Assembly (NCBI GenBank): GCA_013239625.1
Contig: MU054212.1
Span: 3,162,001 to 3,226,000, forward strand
Origin: Lama guanicoe
Taxonomy: Eukaryota
Direction: 5' to 3'
Length of the DNA: 64,000 bases
The notes beneath the pieces are model-generated. The model ran no database searches. It was not told the DNA's origin and saw nothing but the letters and a program-made list of their open reading frames with translations. This document shows, in pieces, positions 53,241 to 64,000 of this stretch; the stretch's first letter is position 1, and each line of letters begins with the position of its first letter. The position numbers and the translations under genes were made by a program.

Positions 53241-53388
53241 TCAAAAATTATATAATTCCTTTCGACAGGATAGTCCTTCAAGAGTAAAATGATATACCAC
53301 TTATTTACTCAAAATCAAAAATTATGTAATTCCTTTCCACAGGATAGTCCTTCAAGAGTAAAATGAAATAGTATTCATTTACTCAAAA
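53241..53388. repeat. Tandem duplication, 74-bp unit x2
   Basis: tcaaaaattat(a/g)taattcctttc(g/c)acaggatagtccttcaagagtaaaatga...atttactcaaaa at 53241 and 53315. Confidence 0.95.
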
Positions 53389-53989
53389 AATGGTATTGAA
53401 TTTCTAATCTATGCCACACTCTGGGAATTCCAAGTCTCTGACCTTAAGCTCCTCCTGGTCTAGTGGCAGATACAGGCAAGTGAACAGACGATTACAGAAG
53501 GGTGTGAAAGAAGAGTGACTGAGGGGCTGACTCGAGATCCCTGTGTGCACGGATGTGCAAGGAGACAGAGGAGCTGACCCCCAGGAGGTATCAGCCAGGC
53601 CAGGAATTGTGATGGGGATCCAGGCCAAGGAACACCAATAAGCACCACCTGGAGGGGAGACCAAGCATATGCAGAGACAGACATACCTACCTACATAACG
53701 TGTATGCATACACGTGCACACGCATGCATACATGCACACACATAACATACGTGTATCTATACAAACACATACACACAGAACTACAAAGCTCTGTAGCTAT
53801 TCCAAGTGGATGCTTTTTGCAATGCTGTGAATTGTTACTGAGTCTTGCTATGTGCAAGGTGTCATTCAAGGTCCTGTTCTTTTCTGGGGTCAACCCTTTT
53901 TCAATTTCACTTTCCCAGTGGTTCCCAACCCAGTTACTGCCGTGGTTTTCACTAACAAAATGTAATTCCCCCTTTTGATGACAATGACT

Positions 53990-54205
53990 TAAGCAAGGCT
54001 TGGAAGTTAAGACCTGAACTCAAAACCCAGACTCATACCTTCCTAGCCATGAACCTTGGGAAATTTATTTAACAATTATGTAACTAATTGTACATTTCCT
54101 CATTTACAAAGTGAGGAAATATCTTTCTTATAGGGATTCTGTGAAGATGAGATGGAGTCTCAACCTGCACCGTGCCTACAGCATAATCAGTGCTCCAAAA
54201 GTGCT
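53990..54205 (+). mobile_element. MIR SINE
   Basis: agacctgaactcaaaacccagactc...gaaccttgggaaatttatttaac...tttcctcatttacaaagtgagga. Confidence 0.75.
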
Positions 54206-54316
54206 AATCCAGAGAGGATGGTCTTTTCAATTAATTAGGCTGCAGCCACTGGCTACTCCAATCCTGACCCCTGCTTCACACCACCAACAAAAAATTAATT
54301 CCAGATGGATTGTGGA

Positions 54317-56336
54317 ATTCCAGACCATCTTCATAAGGCGAGTATCACAATAGGATGAGTCACACGAATTTCTCTGGTTTCCCAGTGTAGATAAAAGTTA
54401 TGTTAACCTGTACTGTAGTCTACTAAGTGTGTAATATCATTTTGTCTAGGAAAAACAATGTACATACCTTAAGTAGAAAACATTTTGTTGTTTGAAAAAT
54501 GCTCACCATCGTCTGGGCCTTCAGTAATCTCTTCACTGGTGGAGGGTCCTGGCTGGATGTTGATGGCTGCTGACTGATCAGGGTGGTGGTAGCGGTGGCA
54601 ATTTATTAAAATAAGACAACAATGAAGTTTGATGCGTTAGTTGGCTCTTCCTTTGGTGAACGACTTCTCTCTAGCACACAATGCTGTTGGATACCACTTT
54701 CCCTACATCAGAACTTCTTTCAAAATTGGAGTCGATCCTCTCAAACCCTGCCGCTGCTTTGTCAACTGAGTTTATGTCATATTCTAAACCCTTCATTGTC
54801 ATTCCCACAGCATCTTCACCAGGAGTCAGAGTCCATCTCAAGCAACCACTTACTCTGCTCACCCAAGAGAAGCAGCTCTCATCTGTGAAAGTGTGACCAC
54901 AAGACAGCAGCGATTCAGTCCCGTCTTCTGGCTCCACTTCTAATTCTGGTCCTCTGGCTTCTTCCACCACGGCTGCAGTTCCTTCCTCCACTCAAGTCTT
55001 GAACTCCTCAAAGCCACCCATGAGGGTTGAAATCAACTTCTCCCAAAGCCCTGTTAATGCTACTATTTTGTCCTCGTCTGTGAATCATGAACGTCCTTAA
55101 CAGCATCTAGAATGGTGAATCCTTTCCAGGACGTTTTCCACTTACCATTTCCCAGATCCATCAGGGGAATCACTTTCTATGGCAAGTACAGCCTTAAGAA
55201 ACGTATTTCTTAAATAATAAGACTTGAGAGTCAAAATGACCCCTTGATCCACAGGCTGCAGAATGGACGTGTGTTTGCAGGCATGAAGACAACACACACC
55301 CTCGTCCACCTCCACCAGAGCTCTTGGGTGAGCAGTCACATTTTGAAAGGAATCTTTTTCTCCGAGCAGTAGGTCTCAACAGTGGGCTTAGAACGTTCCG
55401 TCAGCCATGCTGTCAGCTAGAGACCTTGCCGCAGCTTCGACATCAGCACGGGCTGCTGGATCTTGTGCTCCCACGTTACGGGGAGCACTATTTTCTTCTG
55501 AAACCTCAAGAACCTACTTCTGCTGGCTTCAGACTCCTCCTCTGCAGCTTCCTCACCTCGCTCAGCCTTCACTGAGTTGAACAGAGGGAAGCCTTGCTCT
55601 GGATTAGGCTTTGGCTGAAGGGAATGCTGTGGCTGGTTTGATCTTCTGTGTAGACTGCTCAAATCTTCTCCCTACCTGCAGTAAGGCTGCTCTGATTTCT
55701 TATCATTCGTGTGTTCACTGGAGCAGCACTTGTAATCCTTCGAGAACTTTTCCTTTGCATTCACAGCTTGGCTAACTGTTTGAGGCCCAGCTTTCAGCCT
55801 GTCTCAGCTTTCCACATGCCTTCCTCACTAAACTTCATCATGTCTAGCTTTTGATTTAAAGTGAGATTTGATTTAAAGTGCAACTCTTCCTTTCATTTGA
55901 ACACTCAGGGGCCACTGTATGGTATTAACTGGCCTAATTTCAATATTGCTGTGTTTCAGAGAATAGGGAGGCCCAGGAGAGGGAGAGAGACAGGGGAATG
56001 GCTGGTCAGTGGAGCAGTCAGAACACACACAACATTAATCCATTAAGTTCACTGTCGTATACGGGTTCAGTTCGCTGCGCCCCAACACAGTTACTATAGT
56101 AACACCAAAGATGACTGATCAGAGATCACCAAAACAAACACAATCATTGTGAAAAAGTGTGAAATAATGTGAGAATCCCCCAAATGCGACCCGAAGACAC
56201 AGTGAGTAAATGCTGTTGGAAAAGTGATGCCAATAGACGTGCTCAATGCGGGGTCACCATAAACCTCCCGTTTGTAAAAGAACGCAACATCTGGGATGTA
56301 GAGCAAAGCAAAGTGTGAGCAAATGAGATATGCCTG
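54317..56336 (-). mobile_element. Tigger1 DNA transposon, decayed and internally deleted
   Basis: ORF remnants match Tigger1/pogo transposase: LFNSVKAERGEEAAEE.SEASR, TSILQPVDQGVILTLKSYYLRNTF, LEVEPED..., DKAAAGFERIDSNFERSS. TIR CAGGCATA at 56336 next to a TA; the other TIR is missing. Confidence 0.96.
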
Positions 56337-59300
56337 TATAAAGGAATCTAGAGAGACGACTAGGCCTTTGTCTTCTTTTTCACTGATATCAAATGCGAAA
56401 GAATGTCCTGTAAGTGCAGGAAATTCGTGATTATCACGTGCGAACGTCGGGAGGGACTTTTCAGGCTGTGCTCCTTCCCCATGGGGATGGGGTTTTTCTC
56501 TGGGTAGCTGCTGGTCCTAGCCCTTCCCCAGCCCCCAGCCCCTCCACAAGTCAACCTGGCAATCATTCCATTTGAAAGAACTGGAGCTACTTTTCACTTG
56601 GGAGAACATAATAAAAATCAGTTCTTCACCACTAAATTAGGACGGACAACCCTTCTCTTGGGGGAAGAAAAGCAATAAGTGATCACAATAATGAGATTGT
56701 GCAAAAAGCTTTGAAAACGCTTAGACCACATTTATACAGAACAGTATTTGCTTACATGTCAGATACAGCTGCCAGATTTATGGTTCAGAGACACCGAGTA
56801 GGTAATAAATTTGAGTACAACCATTTACTGAAACCATTTTATTTGTTTCTTTAAAAAATAAAAATACTACTTGCTTGTTCACTTCATGTTAAACTATTGT
56901 ATCCAAATTCCTCCACTTTGGATTTTTGGAATTGATGCTGGCAGGATTTAGCCCATAATGGAATAATTCATTTTCCAAAGGAAATACCTTTATCAATGCA
57001 GTGGGCTCTCAAAAACTGTGTTCCAGGCATGATAAGAGATTTTTTATTCCGTATCATTGAAACTGACTTTCCTGGGTCTCATAAAATGCATTTCCCAAAG
57101 TAATTAAATGTTTATAAGCTCAAACTCAATTTTTAATCTTAAATTTAAACAGAACAAAAATGTTTAAGGGCTTATATAAAGGAAACATGAGAAGTCAGAG
57201 AAAATAAAATGATTTCATTATAGTTTATCATTTTCTGTATCTTGAGAGAGTTGTATGTTTCTCTTTAACTTCCTACATTTTAACCAAAAGGATAACAATT
57301 ACCTGCCTTCTGGGGTTTTTATAAGTGTTATAATTTATGAAATATCACAGAGTTAGTAGTAATAGAGTTACTGTTATCTACATATTTAAGGAAGCCTACT
57401 GATAAAATAAAAATAAAAATTCAAAATACATGTAATTAATTGGGTCCCCAGATGCTGAGTGAGAACAGTGTGTAACGATGCAGAGCTAATTATTTAGTGG
57501 CAGGTTACAAAATACATCAGTTAAAATAGGGGGAAAGAAGAACCCTATTTACAAGAGAATAGCAGAATGAAATGAAACAGAAAACACGATTGATGGTGCA
57601 CTCATTTAACTCGGTAATAATATGCTTGCAATGCAGAGATCCAGGCTGTCTTTTGGATTTTTTGGGAGCAAATTCAGAATCGCACCTGATGTCACTGGTG
57701 GGACCGCACTGCTGACACCAACCTTCCCTCCTTCCCCTCCCACTCTCATTTCCAAAGTTGTGTGTCTGCCTAACCGTGCTCCCTGGATTCACCCCAGACC
57801 TCTAGTTGCCTAACCACATCTGCTCCGCTCTTAGTTTCTGCACATGGAACTGTGGCTCTGCTGGGCGCCTTGGGGCTTCGGCAAACTCACCAAGAAAAAA
57901 CTGTAGTCATGGAGGAGTCTCTTGAGACAAACATGATGAGTTTGGTGGCTGAAGCATTCAGTGATGGAAGAACTTTTCAAAACTTTAGTCCAGACGTGTT
58001 TTACTTTTAGAGAACTCAAATGTAGAAAATCCAAAATAATTTACCTATTCTTTCAAATTTAATTTATTCTGCAAGTGATACTTAACCCAAAAACACAGAG
58101 ATGAAGAAATCCTACCATAGGAGCCCACAGCCTAGAGAAGCGATCTTAAAATCTTTTTCATTAATCAGCACTAAACTCTCTTCATCATTTATTTGTTTTA
58201 TCTATCTATCTATCAATCATCATCTTCTATTACTTATCTGTTGTCTACCACTGTGGTAGAATATTTTGATCTCATAAAATTCACTCCAACCCCAAATACA
58301 GAATTAAAAAGCTTAAAAAAAAACACATATAAATGGAAGTTCCATTATTTTCTTCCCTAATATATTATCTTGCTTATCCCCTGAGGTATAAGCAACTCAC
58401 TTTGGAAATCACTGCCTGAAAAGGAAACACAGACATGTGAACAGAAAATATAAGAAGGCACAGAGATGGAAGCAGTTAACCCACTGGGGGAAACTGGTAC
58501 GACTTTACAGAGGAAGTAGATTTAAAACCGGGCTCTGTGAAGAATGAGTAGGGTACAAGACAGGTAACACAGGAGGTGGTGGTGTGTGTGTACGTGACTA
58601 GTGAGTTACCTTTGACACCAGTGTTTTTCACATTTGTTTATTTATTTAATGTCATTGAACTTTTTATTCTATTCAAATCCTATGTGGAAGCCTGACATAT
58701 AATATGAACACAAGCAGAATCGCTCTAGTTGAAACAGAGGGTGGCGTCCACAGAGGGAGGGTCTCCTCAGTGCTGAGGAGGCGCTGGGGAACTCAGGAGT
58801 CCAGACAGTGCATCTGAAAAGCCACTATTTTAGACAAGAGATTTCCTTAAGTAATGAGTTTTTCTACTGTATTTTTTTTAAAGGTTTAGAGAGTATAATT
58901 TTGATGTAAACATTGGGGAAATTAAAATTAATCATTTCATGGCACAAGGTATCAATCCAAATGTCAAGTTGCCAGTTCGTCCCTTTCCATTGGAAGTTTC
59001 TAAACAGAGAAAATATACTGAAAGTAAAGATTTATGATTCAGACGTTCATCTGATTTGGTAAAATATTTTTTTCTCTCTAGTTCAAAGGGATGAGAGTAA
59101 GCAGTAATAACTGCATTTCATAAGAATCTATTCATTTAACAAACATTTGTTGAATGCCTGGTCTCTGCCAGGCACTGTGTTGGTTACTGTGAATAAATCT
59201 GAAAACTCACTTGTGGTCCAATGGAAGGAAGTAGGCAGTTAAACATGGTAGAATCATGTGCAAAACGTGCACATGTCAAACTTAATAATGTGTGATTGCC

Positions 59301-60619
59301 AAATAATAACAATACCATAAATCACTATGAAATTATATTTTGCATATGCACTCCATTGTATACTATAATATTGCTATATGTTATACATTCATATGTACAT
59401 ATTATTGAACATTTTTGCTGTTTTATGAAAATTGGCTATCAACATTTAGTATTACCCATCCCACGCACAGGACTTTTTTATTAACTTTTTTTTTTATTGC
59501 CTGTTTCCACATCCTCTGCTCAAAAGGATTAAGGAGCTCATTTTTAACTCTCATTGATTTATAAAAGCTCTTTATATTATTAACCCCTTTCTGTTGAATT
59601 TCATATGAATCCCATTTATATGACAATATGTTAGTGCTCTTGAGGTCCAAACAAGCAGTTGGTGACATATCTTTTCAAAGGAATAATTCTTGGTCAATTG
59701 GTGAACAAAATAAAAAAAGAGTTTTCCCTTGGTGTACACGGTAATCAATTGCCCAGAAAGTTCAGCGCTTCTTAAGACACCAACAACTCGTTTCCGTTTG
59801 TTATCTCAAAGAGAGTAGGGGTCTAGGACCACCTAATTATCAATATGTCTTTTAACTGCAACGGTGTCCACCAGGATTTCAAAAAGCCACACGTAACTGG
59901 GGTCAATTCCTTGCTGGGCAGAACTGACTTGTACACTGAGTGGGTGTCTAGCAGTATTGGCTCCTATCAACTAAATGCCAGTGACTTTTAATTTCTGTGA
60001 CAACAAAAAACTGTCCTCGTAAACTTCCAAAAAATCTTCCTTGCGGAGCACCCCCCCCGATGAAATCACTGCTCCGTTGAATACGGTGTCAGCCCCTGTG
60101 TTGCTGCGTGCACGTTGCAGGGTCCTGCGTCGGGACAGTCTGTTCACAGGTCCCCGCTGCAAACACTGAGCTCTTTCCATTCATGGAACATCTTGGTATT
60201 TTCCGAAGCCAGGAAGTGGATGCGATACAGAATTGCAATATATTACAGTGACCAAGAAAAGCAAATGTTCTGTCCTCCTAAGGAGAAACGTTAAGGAACT
60301 GCACGATATTCACGACTGTGTACATAAATACAGAAAATGCGAAGTTAAGCCCACGGAGTAGGGCTGTGTAGGAGGAGAAGACAAATGGCAAAAATGTAAA
60401 AAAGCAAAGATCTTTTCTTAAGTCAAAACCTGAAATTAAAATTAATCTATCTATTGTAACTCAGCTATGAGGGTTGACTAACTGGATGGATGTCTCATGA
60501 TTTGACTTGGCTTGAAAGAAGTGAAAACATGAATGCACCCTAAAAATCGTTTTGAAATTATAATTTCGTGAAAACTGGCATCTGAAGTAACATCTGCTGT
60601 TGGTCTGAATGAAAGGCTT

Positions 60620-60715
60620 CTTTGTTTTTATTTACTTAATGGAGGCACTGGGGAGTGAACCCAGGACCTCATGCATGATAAGCAAGTGCTCTACCACTGA
60701 GCTATAACCTCCTCC
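60620..60715 (-). mobile_element. Vic-1-type tRNA-derived SINE
   Basis: ttaatggaggcactggggagtgaacccaggacctcatgcatgataagcaagtgctctaccactgagctata. Confidence 0.88.
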
Positions 60716-60886
60716 TTGACTGGCTGATTGAAAACAAAGCTCTAGAGTAATCTGCGTAACAATTAAACTAAAACCTCCTCCTTGACTGGATAGGAAGTTT
60801 ATTTAAAGGTTGAAGGCAGGGTTGGGTGCCAAGAGCGGCTGATTGAAAACAAAGCTCTAGAGTAATCTGCGTAACAATTAAACTAA
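60706..60886. repeat. Duplication with A-C / A-B-C structure
   Basis: A=aacctcctccttgactgg (60706, 60772); C=ggctgattgaaaac...aattaaactaa, 50 nt and identical (60722, 60837); B=60790-60836, present once. Confidence 0.95.
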
Positions 60887-63800
60887 TCATCTTCCTCCCA
60901 GAAAAACTGATGATGTGGAGGCTTGCCTATGACCACATGGTGAGCCAGGGGAGCAGGAAGCCAAATTCCTGATTCCCAGTCCCAGCCCATCATTTCATTA
61001 TTCAAGAAGTCCTAGATCCACCACTCATGGGACATTAGCCCAAAGCTCACAAACTAGGTCAGCGGGCGAAGTATTTCAACTTACAGGATGAAATGATGGA
61101 CATGGACCTGCTAAACTGTACTTGCAATTATTTTCTTAATTATAACTGCAGGGTAATTTCCGCAGATGGGGTGCATAATACAGGAAGATGTTTTCCCCTT
61201 CACATTAAGGAGTAGGGCAACTGAAGGTCTCCCATCTTTGCTCTAAGTGTGGCCGAGATATCTGCTGGCCCCCGAACACAGACTTCAGGATTTTATGCAG
61301 CGACTGCTCCACATGACAACCAAAAGAAACGGTGAGTTGGGAAAAGAAAATCAATTAAACTGGTTGTTTGATGTCATGTGGACCAAAGCAAGCTGTTTTT
61401 GGCCACATCTTTCACTTTTCCACTTAAATCTGTGGTTTTAGTTCTGTATACACATCACGAAAACAGGTTTTTCTGCTTGTTTGGGTCCAGTAAGAGCGAG
61501 ACTGTAAGAATGTGTGCTTGTTTTTTGCTGTTACATTTCTCCCCACGGACCTGATCAGTGTGAGAGATGATCCTCCTCTGGCATCAGATAACACGTTGTT
61601 CATAACCATCAAGTTTAGGTAAAACAGATCCTGCAAACACATTTTATTGGTTTCTTAAGAAAATAGGGATGTGAGTGTTTGGAAAGGAGGAAAAAGAAAA
61701 TTTAAGCCGCCAAACAGGAATAGAACTAAAACCAGAACTCAATATAACAGCTAATGAAAACGAAGAACAATAAAGCGGAGGAACAAAGCCGGGCGGAATG
61801 GGAGGAAAAATGAAATGAAAGAGAGAGGCCAGTAAAAGTGAAGTCAGAGTAACTAGGAGCAGCAGAGGGAGGGGACAAACGCCTTGAGGGTGAGATTAAT
61901 GGAAGGGATGAGGACGTGGCAAAGAGACCAAAAGAAAGCTATGGAAGGGACTGAGGAAGGCAAACTGTGTCCTCATTGTCTTTTCCTTCCTTTATTATTA
62001 TTCCCCCCGACCCCCGTAACATCACAGCCATACTTCCAGTGGTGAAAGCCAGAGGGAGAGAGAAGCTAGGACTTTCGATTTCAAAACTGTGCCCACCTGA
62101 AATGCTCCTTCTCTCACCAAACCGGCACCTAGAAACAGTCCATCAGAAGACATCCTGAACTCTTACGTCTAGAATCAGGTATTTTTCCCTCCCCTGAAAA
62201 GGCGTATGTATGTCAGTGATGCTTCTATTTCAGAATGTACTCTTGGTAACACTGATTTCAGATCCCTAAGTGCCCTCTAGTGACAAGGTCCAATTTCAAA
62301 ATCTCTTTCCCTGTAATTCTGTTCTCAGCGTTGTTTCCTTCTCCCAGGACAAATGTGGCTGTCGCAGGCACAAAGCATCCGACGTATTATCAATTTATTT
62401 TAATTGGGCAGAGAGGAAAGTTTCTTGAGTAGCTGTAGGACACCATAACAGTGAGTTACTGTTTTCACTTCTAAATCAAACTATAATTGGAAAATGTGAT
62501 TGTTGCCTATTACAAGAGCCGCTTTCTCTCAGTTACACTGTTACAGAACAAACAATTTGGGGGTGTGGTCAGTCATATCCCCTCTTCCTCCTGTTAAGTT
62601 TTATTAAGACTCAGATTCCTGACATAGTTTCTCTTCATTCATCTTGTGACACGATAAAACCGCGGCACAGCCGACAAGAACGACATGCCTCTACGGCTCT
62701 CTTCCAGTTTTCCTTTCTCCTGATCACTTCCCATAGCCCTGCAGCCTTAATATGGTAGCTAAGAGAAAAAACGTTGCAATCATCAAAATTTAGGCTTAAA
62801 CACTAATTTAATAACTTTCTGTGGCATGTGGGGCATGCTCTGTCCTTTCTTTAAATATCAGTTTTATATCTGCAATATAAGGAATAATCGTAAAAGACTG
62901 TTAAAGGGAATTAAATAAGACATTACGCGTTAAGCTCTTAGCAGCACAGCTGAATGTATCAGGGCTTAACACAGGATAGTTATTAAGATGTACAGCCCCG
63001 TAACTGATATAGACCAACCCTGGGTTTTTTCTTCTTACTTTATAGAGACATTTGGTAGAAGCAAGCTCAATGCTGTGAAGCAGAGTCACAGTGACCTTTA
63101 AACAGACTGTGTTTACTTCTAATCAGAGCTATTTTTAGATTCTCTTGCGCACCTAAGAGCTCAAGAGCTTAACTAGAACGTTCAACAGACCCAGTTCTGA
63201 TGTATCATGTTCAACAAATTGTCTGAATGAAAAAAGGCAAATGGGAAATACTAACACCTCTCTTTGTGTATGTCCCTGTACGCATTTACAGATTCTTGAA
63301 CGAATCATTCTTTTTATCGACGAGGAAATTAAGGCCCAGAAAGGTTACATCATTCAGGAAAAAAGTGGGGAAGGGACAGCTCGCCAGAGGAATGAAAACT
63401 TCCTGAAGCGGGTGATTTTCCCATGGACGCCCCCCCTACCCTCCTCCAGGGGCAAGAGACAGGGGTAGAAGAGGTCTGCCCCTGAGCCACTAGGACTGAT
63501 GGAAGTGTGTTGGACTCTTAGTCACTGCTGGGGTGGAAACAGTTAGGGACCATTGGCTTGGTGACCGATCTTGAGTGAGAACCTAGGTCAATTATGCTAT
63601 AAACATATTGGTATTTCTATAACCACATAAGAGGAATTGTTTCCATTTCTTGTATTCAGAATTTTTAGCTGCAGATGTCTCTGGTTTTCCTCACTTGTGC
63701 TCTCTGTACTGCCCTAGTCTTACTCCCATCACCAATTTACAGACCTAGTTAAAAGGGAAACTGATTAGCATGAAGTTAAAAGAATCAGCATGCAACTGGA

Positions 63801-64000
63801 ACCTTCTCTCTGATGTAATCACAATAATAGAGTTCAGCCAGTGCCCCGAAGAGAAAGAGGTTAGCTGCTCTACGTTTTTATTAATTTTTCTTACTTATTT
63901 ATTTGCCCAGGATCAAATGCTCACTGACGAATCTATTTCCAGAGATCTCTACGACTTAACACCCCAGGCATGGGGCAGGTATGTTATTTTCATGGAAGTC

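Noticed and set aside
1..64000. CRISPR array, operon or other prokaryotic/viral system
   Set aside because: No regularly spaced repeat-spacer array or dense ORFs; the sequence is mammalian.

Overview
Mammalian genomic DNA, most likely from a camelid: it carries three Vic-1-type tRNA-derived SINEs and cetartiodactyl-type L1 3' ends, and I saw no ruminant or pig SINEs. I recognise no known gene. Much of the window is interspersed repeat (L1, L2, MIR, MLT1, MER21-like and MER31-like LTRs, a near-complete Tigger1), and most ORF-track entries are chance frames or transposon remnants. Reading splice signals by hand gives two structures the ORF track misses. The first is a compact five-exon + strand ORF (36041-39213, about 178-184 aa) with GT-AG junctions, a good Kozak ATG and a downstream AATAAA. 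The second is a long series of - strand exon-like units (about 6.3-30.7 kb, possibly starting at 35.7 kb) that cannot be read without stops, consistent with a decayed gene or spliced lncRNA lying head-to-head with the first. Also notable are a 325-bp L1 5'UTR-to-3'UTR fusion that looks like a spliced, retrotransposed L1, two duplications sharing an A-C/A-B-C architecture, and a TSD-flanked insertion that is almost only poly(A). Repeat names come from recalled consensus sequences, not from a search.
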